64,000 nucleotides of DNA from Eledone cirrhosa. Lineage: Eukaryota. This document shows positions 50,733 through 64,000 of the stretch, in pieces. The stretch spans positions 73,036,001 to 73,100,000 of the forward strand of contig OZ024743.1 in the NCBI GenBank assembly GCA_964016885.1, written 5' to 3'. The translations under genes were made by a program, and so were the position numbers. Below the pieces are notes generated by a model. It did no database searches and had not been told where the DNA came from. It worked only from the letters and a program-made list of their open reading frames with translations. Position 1 is the first letter of the stretch, and every line of letters begins with the position of its first letter.

Positions 50733-51556
50733 GAGAAAATTGAGAGTGTGTAACACTCAGCTTATCAGATAGGCAGTATATCCTTCATCAGTGATCTTCC
50801 AACCTTCATTGGTATTTCATCGCTTTAAATATCATATACCACTGGTTGGTGCGAGCAATAACTAAATAAAGTTATTGGGACAATTAAAATACGGTGAAGC
50901 GAGCGAGACATGTAAACAAACAACGATGGTATTGCAACAAAAAGATAGGTGGAGACAAGTACATGATAGCTATAAGCTTAAGCTTGGTGAAATCATGGAC
51001 GAGAGATCAAAAATGGTATTGCAACGGAAAGCTAGGAGGAGATATATATATATAATGTTGACACAGAAAAGAAACCATAATATTGATTTAGGATTAAGAG
51101 TGCTCATGTCTGTGGGTTAATTTCATTTTGTTTTGGTCATTGCTCTTGTTAGCAGACTCTGTCTTCGGGCCCTAGTAAATCGATTAAGAAAGAAAACGTA
51201 TATTTCAAATATCTTTCTATTCTTATCGAAAAATCGTCGTTTTTATAATTAAGTAAATTTTCCTTCCCATACTTGAAATAATTTCTCCCCATTATTTCAT
51301 TTGTTTTTTCATGTATTCATCTTCATGTGTTGTACCGTTATCTCTACATTCCTCCCGCCCTCCTTCTCCTCATCCCACCACCAACTGTACCAAATATGCT
51401 TTGTTAAATTTCTATTATTCCCATTTAGTAAAGAGAGAGAGAAAGAGAGAAGGGGAGAGAGAAATAGGGAGAGAGGTGGAGAGAGAGAGAAAAAGAGAGG
51501 TAGGGAGAGAGAGAAAGAGAGAGTGGTGGGGAGAGAGAGAGAAAGAGACAGTGGTG

Positions 51557-51606
<50 letters not shown>

Positions 51607-51853
51607 GGTGGGGAGAGAGAGAGAAAAACAGATAGAGCGGTGAGAGAGAAAAAGAGAGAGAGTGGGGAGAGAGAGCAAGGGGAAATATATCATTTATTTC
51701 TCAACATCAATTTTGCACATCTCTTAAACATTTTATTAGAATTAACTGGTTATATTTGTATGGGCAGAGATAAAAATACGTCAACATATAAATGCGTACA
51801 TTATACGTGGGTTTGAATGCATGAGTGTGTGCGTGTGTGTATAGAATGTCATT

Positions 51854-51899
<46 letters not shown>

Positions 51900-52396
51900 G
51901 TGTGTATGTGAGAGAGAGAGAGTATGTGTGTGTGTGTCTATGTGTGTGTATGCGTGTAAAAAGTAAACAGAAATAACAAAGTAAAAGACGCAGTATATTG
52001 AAAAAATATTTTAGTTTAACGCTTAAAATAACAGGAAAAGTGTCTTAATGTTTCGGATATTAGTCCTTCATTAAAAGATATAATTAGAAGAAAAAAAGAT
52101 AAAATAGAAAGATGAAAAGTGAGAAGAAGAAGAAACGGAAAAATGAGAAAAACAAACACGTGCTTATTCAATCAGCCATTTTAGATAGATATATTTTATT
52201 CATATATATATATATATAGGAAAAGAGTCAGGACCCCGACGGCTGAGCTCCGGCCGTTTCTACAGCTGGTTCGAATCTAGCTGTGAAAACGAGCCGTTGG
52301 GCTCCTGATTCTTCTCCTATTGCCCACTCTACTACCCTAAGTATCGAGTACTCTGGTGTGTTATGGTCCACCTGGTTTATTACCACACCTTCTTTG

Positions 52397-52435
<39 letters not shown>

Positions 52436-52734
52436 TAAAACATGCATAGGTTAATTTTCATAACGTAACAAGATTATAAGTGTAATCAGGTTAATATGCA
52501 CAATCACTATTCATTAATATGTATAAAGAACCCCAACTATATATATAATAAACATATTAAGTCTATATTAAATCATTATACAAATTTCGTGCCTACGATA
52601 TTTATATTTACAGTAGTAGAAGTTGTAAACATTCTACGTTTTATAAAGACTCAGATTGTGTTGATGCATAAATTGACAGTGCTTCGTGGTGTTTAATATT
52701 TCGTGTATGATAACAATTTTCATCCAAAGGTAAT

Positions 52735-52900
52735 GTTTTTAAAACTCGAACTTACGTTTGCGGTCGAGCATGTAACAGTGGAGACTTCTTTTTTACTTGG
52801 CTCTAGAGCCACCTCCCTACTCAGCACCATAGGCACAGTGTTGCCTATCCGCATGTGAGAGCCTCGTGACCTGGAGTCAGCGCGCAGGCCCGCACTTGCA
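52735..52900 (+). mobile_element. Second, more decayed CRE-type fragment
   Basis: ggagacttct...cacctcc.tactca.caccataggc...ccgca.gtg.gagcctcg.ga.ctgga aligns to 20227-20322. Confidence 0.6.
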
Positions 52901-52989
52901 CATAATAGGGAGAGATGGGAGAGTGGAAGAGATGGAGGCAGTGGCAGGGGGGGGGGAGCTTGCTTCCTTTGTGTTCAGACCCGGGGTAT

Positions 52990-53160
52990 ATCATCATCAT
53001 CATCATCATCATCATTTTACGTCCGCTTTTCCCTGCTTGCAAGGGTGGGACGGGAACTGATTCTGGCTTGATTTCTACAGCTGGATGCCCTTCCTAACAC
53101 CAACTTCATTTACAGTGAGTGCTGGGTGCTTTTTTGCCGTGGCACCTCTACGACCACTTT
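52990..53160 (-). mobile_element. Third SINE-like family with (ATG)n tail
   Basis: (CAT)n followed by tttacgtccgcttttcc...ctggatgcccttcctaacaccaac, a widespread invertebrate SINE motif. Confidence 0.5.
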
Positions 53161-53532
53161 GCAGTGGAATCATATGGACCCCAGTCCCTATCATCTCATT
53201 TCTACAGCTGAGTAAACTGGAGCAATGTGAAATAAAGGAAACAATACATCACCCGGTCTGAGAATTAAATTCACAACCTTTCGATTGCAAGGCCAATGCT
53301 CTAACCACTAAGCCATGTGCATGTATATATTTATTGACCGCACCACATGTTACATATATTTTCGAATGTGTAATTTGGTATTATATTGAAAATGTTTGTT
53401 ATATGTAAATGTAATTCACTTTCCTTACTTTAAATATTTCGATTGTATTTTATTTTTCTTCAAACTACAGTCTGTTTAAAGGGTATATATATATATGCAT
53501 GTGTGTGTGTGTGTGTCTGTGTTTGTGTGTGT

Positions 53533-53628
<96 letters not shown>

Positions 53629-53780
53629 GCGTGCGTGTGTGTGTGTGTATGCACATACACGTGCTATGCTTCTGTATACTCAGGGAAACAGGTGTACATG
53701 CATATACCCAGATATAAAGCCAGATCATGAGACCAAGCAATATATATATATATATATATATATAGAAAGGATGAATATAC

Positions 53781-53812
<32 letters not shown>

Positions 53813-54282
53813 TTATTGAAACTTAAAATATTATATCTTAAGATTTGCTGCAGGTTCCGCAGTAATATCAAAGATGATCATCTAAGAGTACTCCATTAAT
53901 TCTATAGAATTTGAAAGGAAAGAAATCTTTGAGTAATTTCATTTTCACTATACACGCTCACATGTACACACACACATGCTCACTTGTATATATATACACA
54001 CACTCGCTCACCTGTACACACACACACGATCACATGTATACACACACGCTCACGTGTATACATACACACGCTCACGTGTATATATATACACCCACACGCT
54101 CACGTGTATATACACACACACAACTATAATATGATTTACACAGTGTATCGCTCGCGTTAGGGCTGGCGCTCAGTCACCAATATACTTGCATAAATACTAT
54201 ATACATACATGCATATTTGCATACATACACACTTGCATGTCGACATACTTTCTAAATACATACATACATGCATTCTCTTACA

Positions 54283-54331
<49 letters not shown>

Positions 54332-54411
54332 TACCAAACCAACTTTTTTAAATGGAAGTTGAACAATATTCATGGTACGTCAAATTTATTTATAAAACTG
54401 CTAATATATTG

Positions 54412-54477
54412 TATTTTGCCTGAAGAAAGCATGCCATATTTCTAATATGGTATCCCTGAAATATGTATAATGAAATA
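54412..54477 (+). ncRNA. Hammerhead, intact core, weakened stem I
   Basis: tattttgc-CTGAAGA-aag.atgccatatt-tct-aatatggtat.cct-GAAA-tatgta-TA-atgaaata. Downstream flank is shared with 50618-50660. Confidence 0.6.
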
Positions 54478-54599
54478 AATATGGTTTTATAAATATAGTT
54501 TCCATTTGCTTAATATCGTATATCTACTCCAAAACTTGTTGAGTGCTTTATATCAGTTATAAAATATTTATTCGTTGTAACCCAACAATTTTAAATAAA

Positions 54600-54604
54600 A
54601 CTTT

Positions 54605-54660
<56 letters not shown>

Positions 54661-55350
54661 ATGCTTGTATACATGTATACATACTAAATACATACAGAGA
54701 TACATATGTACATGCATAGATATTTGCATACATACATACTTGTATACATACATACTTGTATACATATATACTAGTATGTATATATGTATACATGTATATA
54801 TGTATACAAGTATGTATGTATGCAAATATCTATGCATGTACATATGTATCTCCGTATGTATTTAGTATGTATATAAGTATATACATGCATAGATATTTGC
54901 ATACATACGTACTTGCATACATATATACTTGTATACATATATACATACTAGTATTTATGTATACAAGTATGTATGTATACAAGTATTTATGTATACAAGT
55001 ATGTATGTAGGCAAGTATCTATGCATGTACATATGTATCTCTGTGTGTATTTAGTATACATACTAAATACATACAAAGATACATATATACATGCATAGAT
55101 ATTTGCCTAGATACATACTTGTATACATACAAACATGGATACATTCCTGCATAGATATATATTTGCATACATACATATTTGTATACATATATACATGTAT
55201 ATATTCTTGCATACATATATGCATGCATGCATTCTGGCTAACATAAATGCATGCACACATAAATATTGACATACAGTTATACATTCATAAATACATACAG
55301 TTATGCATTCATACATACATACTTACATACATACATCTATACATACATAC
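54600..55350. repeat. TA/CA-rich low-complexity tract with internal inverted segments; representative of dozens of (TA)n, (CA)n and (GA)n microsatellites across the window
   Basis: For example tacatgcatagatatttgcatacatac (54709, 54882) and its reverse complement gtatgtatgcaaatatctatgcatgta (54814). Confidence 0.9.
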
Positions 55351-56787
55351 ATATTTGGTGTGTGTGTCTGTCCCTTCTTTTGATGGATGTGAATATGAAA
55401 AAATGTGAAGAAAATTGAAAATAACTGCTCAATTATAAGCGATAAACTATTTCATTAAAACTCAACATCCCCAGGTTTTGTATGTAAAATTCGAGAATCA
55501 GTTCCTTGTGAAGTCTGAACACTTTTATAGATGGATAACTGCAACATTTTATGTTGAATCTATGATGTACTAATGTTTTCAGTATTATCAGACTCTGGTT
55601 TTGTTCTAAAAGTATAGATAATAATAGCTTCATAATTACTTCAATAGGAATATCCATTTCTTTTGATGAAGACGTGTTTCGGCTTTTGCTAGCATCTAAT
55701 TTTCACAGTTTATTCGATTAAATTGACAAAATTAGATGATCTGATATCTCATTATCCCTCCCATGATCTTAATTCGAAATTGAGAATGGAAAATTTAAAT
55801 ACTCTAATGCTTTCACTCCGGGGCCGATTTGGATATTGGTGATTGTATAACTAAAACTAAGGCGGTATTGTTAGTAGTTTCATTGTGGCTTACATCGACG
55901 GAAGAAAACAAATTTGATGCTAAAATTTAACAAAAGAGGCGTTAATTCATGATGTCTGCGGCTGTTTCCATCTGAGTTGTTGTATCTAAGCTAGGTAATA
56001 TGACTTGAACGTTAAGTTAATTTAGCAAAGGATGCTTTGTTTTATCATTTAACAGAATAGAATTTCTGACGTGATGATTAGTTTATCTAATACACCATAG
56101 ACACTGCAGGTTTTACTAACCTATAATGATTCGTCTGAACAACTACAAAATATTCAACAGAAATGTGTATCTATTTTTAAAATCATAAATATGTCTGTGG
56201 TATTACAAAAGTTGGATTTGACAACAACATTGGTATAGTACAATGTTCTCGTTTTAAAGACATTATTTGTTTTTATAAAAGTCCAAACAAGTTTTCAAAT
56301 ATCGAAATAATTTCAAGAAGTAAGTAAAGCTCGTCTTGCCTTAATAACGCATCTCATTTACTATTTATTTCGCATTGATATGGTTCATCCAAAATTTCCC
56401 ATTCACATGATTCACCTCGGATTTCGTATTGACATAATTCATTTTTGTTCCTCGAAAAGAAAATGTGGATACTTCAACATTCAAGGTTTTCAAAACACCA
56501 ATGGCAAAATTAAAACTGCATGCAAGAAAAATTCTTACTGCATGTAAGAAAAATACAGTGTACATACTGATCACAATTAATTTACCTACGCCTATATATG
56601 GCTTCATGTAGCGACTTGGCAGAGTCATTAGAACATCAAAGAGAATGTTTTGTGTTATTATTCAGGGCGGCGGATTGGCACTATCGGTAGAGGGTCAGAC
56701 GCCATGCAATTGGCGATTGATAAAATAGTACCAGTCCAATAATGGGATCGATTCTTTCTTTATAGTCTCTTTCTTGCCTCTTCTCTT

Positions 56788-56829
<42 letters not shown>

Positions 56830-57124
56830 TATCTCTCTTTTTCTGCCTTCTCCCCTCCTCTTTTTTCCTAACGAAATCGTTTGTGTTCAGACCCGGAGAA
56901 GAGTTGGGCTCCGCTAGGTTTAAAAGCACAAAACACGCCGTTGTTCATTATGGCTCTCCTGCGAGGCAATCCGACGTTATGCGTCCAAACATATACGAGG
57001 GGCGGCCAAAACGTTTATAAAGTGAGGATTAACACCACACTCTGGATCTGAACTTATCAATGAATTAACGAGGTAAAATCTATTCCAACATTATGTTTTC
57101 CTACTTTTCCTGATCAAGTTCTAA

Positions 57125-57238
57125 CTACCTGATGAGGTCATAGCTGTTGAATAGTGGCTATAACTGAAATATATAAATATATATCGCAGCGAATATGAAT
57201 AAACGAAGTTAATTTTAACCTGACGACTCACACTTTTA

Positions 57239-57326
<88 letters not shown>

Positions 57327-57452
57327 AAAGTAAAAAAGAAAAACAGTAGAAAATGGTAATGATATTTTCTCATAGAATAACAGCAAAATATTTATTTATT
57401 AAGAACAAATGTATAGTACCGGTTTCAGCCACATAGGCATCTTCATACTACG
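57125..57452. ncRNA. Two decayed hammerhead motifs facing a (TA)n tract (57125-57190 plus; 57413-57452 minus)
   Basis: Plus: ctac-CTGATGA-ggtcatagc...gctataact-GAAA-tatata. Minus: gtagt-ATGAAGA-tgcc-tatgt-ggct-GAAA-ccgg-TA-ctat. Confidence 0.5.
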
Positions 57453-58939
57453 GAAGTGTATAATGACATTTATAATGGATTTAAGTTGTATGTTAATAAT
57501 AAATATATTATAAAGAAACATGGTTTAAATATATATAAAGAGAGAGAAGAGTTCACATTTTTGTGTATCGCTTTCTCTCTTTGGTGGTGTGGATTATAAT
57601 TACAGCAATCCTAGGGAGAGTAGCACAAGCACATTATGTGTTCTTAGAATTGAATTATATATATATATATATGTATATGTGTGCGTGTGTGTGTGCGCGT
57701 GTGTGTGTGTGTGTGTGTGTCTGGTTACATCTCCTGAATATTAATATGGATTTCCTTTCATTCATGTATTGTAGTAGAATTGTATAAATATGTATATATA
57801 TATATATATATATATAGTTATATATAGTTATATATAGTTATATATATATCACTATTTCATAGTTATTAAAATTTCAGATTATTATAAAGATGTTATGTCA
57901 ACTTCACCGTGAATTTAGACGAGTATACATATATAGCCAACCTGGTAGGATAAGTTATCCATGCTGATTCCAAACCCCATTTGACTTTCTGACCATATTT
58001 AGGAAATAAATCTACAAACATGCTGAATGCAGAATATATAACATATATCCTGTCTGTTACATATATAACAATTGAACCCACAGATATTGCCCTCAGTTGG
58101 TTTCAATATTGAATTTGCCATTTGTTTGATCGACGGAACATCTTGCTCAGGAATTTAAAGTGCAAGTGGCTTAGCCTTCCACAGACACATCTACTTTTAA
58201 CGTAATTCTATACGATATTCAACATCGTACAGTTTGTAACGGGTTTGTCCTTTTTAATTACATTTATAATCCATTCGATAGGCTTCGAAACAGTTTCTGT
58301 CTAACGAACATCATTCATAAGACATAGATCGAACCGAGTCTAAGAAGAAATCACTTGCCAAAAAATAAAATGCAAAGGTTTCGAACTCCCTGCATTCAGA
58401 ATTCAACATGAATAATATAACGTATAACGTATATAATCTCCTTAGTTGATGAATTCTTCAAGGTTTTTGAAGTGTGACATTATTGGTAGGTACTTTACAT
58501 CCGTTAATTGTATACATACTTAAGATTTCTCTTATCTAAATCTGAAATCTTTACATCAAATTCTTAAGTAAGTTAATTTTACCAGTTCTTTATTTGTTTC
58601 AACGAAGAAGTCACAAATACATCAACAGAGATAAAAACACTCGTACAATTAATGAACCAAAATATATATGCAAATGTGTATGCTTGCTTGTAGTGGGTGA
58701 GTGTTTAGTGACGTCTAATGGGAACAGCACTTCATTAATGGATGTGTAAGTAAAGGACTATAAATAGTATTAGGCAATGTCAGTGTGTGTTTCCGTTGCT
58801 GAGACCGAACCAAGTCTGTTTTCAATGGAAGAAAGGTTTTAAGTACAGTACGAAGCTAATATTTTGCTTGTGTAGTCATTTCACTCTTTCTGAATCGTTC
58901 GGTCATAACAAAAGGTAAATGAAATTTACAGAATAGATT

Positions 58940-59074
<135 letters not shown>

Positions 59075-59184
59075 TATGTGTGTATGTGTATGTATATACA
59101 TATAAATATATATGTATATATGTTATTGTATTTATATATGTATGTATCAATCTCTCTCTCTCTCGCTCTCTCTCTATCTCTCTA

Positions 59185-59258
<74 letters not shown>

Positions 59259-60716
59259 AGTAATCTTCCGAATAGGAAATAGTGAAGATGGCTATTCCCT
59301 TCAGTCAGCCAGAAAATCAAGTACCCTTATACTAACTGCCCTAGGAAGTTAGTTATCTTACAAAAAAAGATTCTTCAAACGAAACTTTCCTCTCTCTTTT
59401 TGTTTTAAATGAAGCATGAGAAATATTTTTTTCTCAACGAGAACCTTTGATTTATAATAGTTTTAAGCTAGCTGCCATTTGCAAGAAGGCAGTCATATAT
59501 TTCGCCGTATTTGTGTTTTCCTTTATAGGGTTCCCATGTGTGTAAGTTTATGTGTAAGTGAGTATTCGTGTGTGTAGATAATGCATAAGTAGAGTACATA
59601 TAATTAAGGGAATGTGCTCGTATGTTAACGTAAGACTGTACATATAATTGTGTATAGCTGACAATGCTCGTGCATATGTGTATTATGTGTGTCTATACTT
59701 GCATATCTTTGAGCTCATATAGCTCTGTCAGAACGTGCGTTTCTATGTAAATTTATGTGGATTTGTGTGACTATAGATATGGTTTTGATTCTTTCAGTGT
59801 TGTTGAAGGAGATAAATGAGCAAGATAATCAATAGACTTCGGTTCTTTGAAGTATAGCTCGTTCGAATCAACCTATTTCCGTCTAGAAAGTAATTTAATT
59901 ATTCCCCTGTGGTTCTTATAAAACACTATGCAGAGGTGTGCTCGCTTCTTTGAAGCTTAGTCTGTTTACATGCAAAAGGGATTCAACTCGTTAGCAAGAT
60001 TGTTGACCAATTAAAGCATCAAAATAACGATGTAAGATAAAATTGACTTCAATAATAAGATTATTCTTAAGAGTATAACTTGGTAAATTGTTAGTTTTAT
60101 TCCGTTGAATTGTCTTGTAAATTGATAAAGATATATATGTGATTTGGCTAGCTGTCTAGCAATGTCAAGTCTTCTTATTTCTGTAGTATCCAAAAGTGAA
60201 TACTGATCTTAGGAAAAGATTGCAGCCATATCTCATAAAATATCACACACATATTGTACGGAATATTACTATCATATTAGAATGTTTGAGTGGGTGCGTG
60301 GTCTAGTGGTAAGGGGGGTTGGACTTACGTTTACAATGTAATGGGTTCGATTCCTGGACTGGGTTGTGTATTGTGTTCTTGAGCAAAACACTTCATTTCA
60401 CGTTGCTCCAGTGTACTTAACTGAGAATGAGTATTAGCTGGGGTTTTAACTCTGCGATAGACTGGCGTCTTGTCAATGCGAAAGTCCTTTTCTGTCAGTC
60501 GCTTTGCTTCACACTACGAAACAGGGAGAACCACTAGCCTGACAAGCCTCCGGGCTCGAGGCAGACTTTAAACTAGACAGATTAAAATGTTCAGAAATTA
60601 ATTTTGTTGCATTGTTCAAAAGAAATGCTCTGTGCCAAGTTATGAGAACGTAGTTTCTTTCTTATTGGATATTTATAAGTCGTTGATTGTAAGAAATATC
60701 TGTCTGGGAAGGGAAT

Positions 60717-60995
60717 TCTAGAGGGTCAAAATATACTGAGGATGGACTGAGCGGTTAAAGATTGGAGTGATTTGGTAGGCAATATGTGTAACCAGAAAAG
60801 TATAGGTGGGTGAGATCGAAGTGTCTGAATAGAAGAGGGGGCGTGGGTTATGAGTGAGCTCCCAAGAACAGCGATCATCGTAGTGCTGAGAAAGGCAGAG
60901 AAAGTAAAGGAAACATCTGTGGAACAGAGGTTGGGGTGTTATGGTGAGTAGCTTCATGTCAAACAGTTTATTGGCCATTTTTGACTGGAGTCGAG
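60717..60995 (-). mobile_element. Decayed CR1/Jockey-group LINE 3' coding fragment
   Basis: RLQSK....L...QPLFHR....LCL..HY..RCS.EL resembles the post-RT tail of CR1/Jockey-group LINEs. Confidence 0.4.
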
Positions 60996-61053
60996 TATAC
61001 CTGTTTTGGTATTAATAGCACTATTGCAGGTATTGTATGTATGTAATTTTGTA

Positions 61054-61091
<38 letters not shown>

Positions 61092-62797
61092 TATGTGTGT
61101 ATCTGTGTTTATATATAGAGTATACGTAAATATGTATGTATATATATGTATGTATATATGTATGTATGATATATGTATGTATATATGTATGTATGTATAT
61201 GTATATGTGTGTGTGAGTATGTTTGTGTGTGTGTATATCTGTGTGGGGGGGGGGGGTTGCTACTTGGGACATTCTATCGCTTTTCGGTGAACTGTGGGTG
61301 AGTATACATATAATTAAGATAAAAACTCCAATATAACAGAATAAAGTGAATGCAGGCTGAATAGAGATTGAGAGAGCTTAATAGTCAGATAAGATCGTTT
61401 CAACATATTTATGAAGTCATTTCCACATAATGGATGTGTTTATTTTGTTTTTGATGTTAAAATATCAGTTTTAGAAAGCAGATGATCACAGAATATTTAA
61501 CAGTTTAATATCAGATATATTATTCCCACCGTATTAAAATGCTACATGTTAACATTAACATAAACAACCATTGATAATTACATAAATATGAAAAATAAAG
61601 ATGAAAACAAAACAAAATTAAGTAATGTAAAAAAGTGGGAAGGAGTAAAAAAAAAAGGGTAGATCTGGCTGTATAGGAAAGTATAGGAAAGGACTACAAA
61701 TGCCATAAATGTGAGGAAAAAGAGGGTAAAAAGCAAGGATACTTGAGCCAATATAGAAGGCGAGGGGAAGGGGAAACGGTGATGGGTTATGGGCTCCGCT
61801 TTACAGACATATCTGCAATCGTGGTATTATACCTGGTCAAAAGAAAATATCAACATACCGATATAATGGTTTCTTATATAGGCACAAGTCCAGCAACGTT
61901 GGGGGATGGAGAAGTCGATTAAATCGACCTCAGTGCGTGACTGGTACTTCATTTTATCGAACCCATAAGGATGAAAGGCTAAGTTAACTTGGGAAGGATT
62001 TGAACTCAGAACATAAAGGGTCGTAACTCTTGTAAGGGCGTCCGACCCTCTACCGATACTGCCAATCCACCGCCCTAAAATACCGATATAATAAATATGG
62101 TTTCATGTTCTACTTTACATTCCACTGCAATAATCTCTTCTAAAGTAACTTCACAGTGAGCAGAATAACATACACGTGTTACTGTAGCTTTAAGTCAGTT
62201 GAAACTAATATATGCTTAGAACTAAGTAGGAACGAAATATATCTTCATATTGTTATTATATTCTTAATGAAGAAATGCATGTGGCCGTTCATGCAGTTAC
62301 ATTATAAACGCCACATGTTATAAAGTAAAAATATGATAGTTACAGCTACAATAAAACGTAAAAGGTAACTTAATATATGCTATAAATGCAATATATCACA
62401 TATCTTCTTCATTTCAATAGTATCGTATGCGCCCTTCTCAGCAAAGCAATTATTATTTCGTTTTAATTATGTACAGCTATTTCTATTCTATGCATCTATT
62501 TGCAATGTATACACGCAACACTACGAACACTCAAAGACACACACACACACGCACAAACACAGGCTCATACATACATACACACATGAGCGAACATGCACAT
62601 GCTGAAACACACGCATATAGACATGCATACACACACACACACACACACACACACGTAATGTCATGTGTACATATCTTCGTGTGTGTGTGTCTGTACGTAT
62701 GCCTGTATGCATGTATGCGGGTGCATGTACGCTCCTGCGTGCTTGTGTGTGTGTGTGTGTGTGTGTAGTATGTGTCTCTGTGCTCGTACGTTTCTCG

Positions 62798-62829
<32 letters not shown>

Positions 62830-63543
62830 GTTTATATATATAGATTTGAATGGATACAGTTTAGTTGAAAGGAATTTATTGACACGTGTTTCTATAACAG
62901 TTACATAACCTGAAAACAGTTGCTATCTACAAAGTTTTAGTTATGCAGACATTCAATATTTCAATGTTATTATTTACTGTCATTTCATCAGAATAATATT
63001 ACTGAGGACCTATTTGGTTTTTATAGAGAATATTAGGAGGGAGGGGTGAAGTTGTTAGAAGAATAGTTGAGGGAGTGGTTTTTTGATAGCAGTGAGAATT
63101 TTTGGTGGCAGTGAGTAATTAGATTCCCATCTGTTGTTTTGACATTTTTATAGAATAAATTATTGGTTATTTTTCTAAATCTATAGAAGGATTAGAGATA
63201 GTAAAGATATGCGGGGTTGGTTTTGTGTTTGCACTTAATTAACATTCAGACTTAAATTTTTCTTTCAAGTGTACGTATCCTTTCACCCACGCATTCACAC
63301 ACAAATATATTTGCACACCTCTACAAAATACATATACTCACATTCACATAGTAACATGTTCATACTTACATACATATACACATGCATACATATATATATA
63401 CACACATGTATTCATGTACATACATACGCGTTCATGTGTATACATTTTCATACTCAACTTATCTTTATATACACACGTATAGACACACACATATATACAT
63501 ACATACTCTAGTCTATGTGTACATATATACATATACATACACA

Positions 63544-63627
<84 letters not shown>

Positions 63628-64000
63628 TATAAGCACTTTAATACATGAATATACTTACATCTAACTATACACATCAAACATATATATATATTTACTTATT
63701 TATATACATTTTCACATATATATACATACTTATGGACGTTTTTAGACACATTCATTATCGCATATTTGCACCTATTCTCATCAGCATATCTTTCCATTAT
63801 TAGTGTGGTAATTTAAGGTTATTAATATATGTTGAGAAGAGATTGTTTTTATATTTTTCTAACTAGATTGAGGTTTATATAGTTGGGGGGATGTCCCTCT
63901 TTTATGTAATATTCGGCTTGTAGTGGGAAAAAAGGGTTTTAGTTCTGTGACGGCAGAATAATGTTCGTTCAATTCTGTTATTCAGCAATTTCTTCTTGTG

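Noticed and set aside
56994-57018. Mariner-like TIR start (tacgagggg..gccaaaa)
   Set aside because: No partner TIR or transposase found nearby.
57878-57944. Possible exon (tttcAG...CCTG|GTAGGA)
   Set aside because: Weak polypyrimidine tract and donor, 67 nt, and no homology recognised.
60294-60365. tRNA gene
   Set aside because: A and B boxes are present but there is no proper cloverleaf, and it runs into the SINE family B body.

Overview
AT-rich, microsatellite-dense animal genomic DNA. The SINE content suggests octopus/cephalopod; that is an inference. No host protein-coding gene can be confirmed, and most short ORFs in the track are translations of (TA)n/(CA)n. The window is mostly retroelements. 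It holds a near-intact R4/Dong-type RLE LINE ending in (TAA)n plus a decayed relative, a Helitron helicase 3' end with hairpin+CTAG, two CRE-type LINE scraps, mariner and CR1/Jockey-like scraps, and more than 30 tRNA-derived SINE copies. It also holds at least four Penelope-like element (PLE) coding remnants (RT and/or GIY-YIG). The main unannotated layer is RNA structure. Reading both strands by eye, I find about 20 type-I hammerhead ribozyme (HHR) motifs (CUGANGA...GAAA...UH closed by stem I), about 9 with intact cores. They belong to many different sequence families, usually have a self-complementary stem III, often precede an AATAAA, and almost always lie beside (TA)n tracts. Several occur in ORF-less partial tandem units (monomers about 429, 599 and 830 nt) or in foldback palindromes. 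These look like non-autonomous mini-Penelope/retrozyme families, and one unit starts at the predicted self-cleavage site. All structures were paired manually, and no folding or database search was run.
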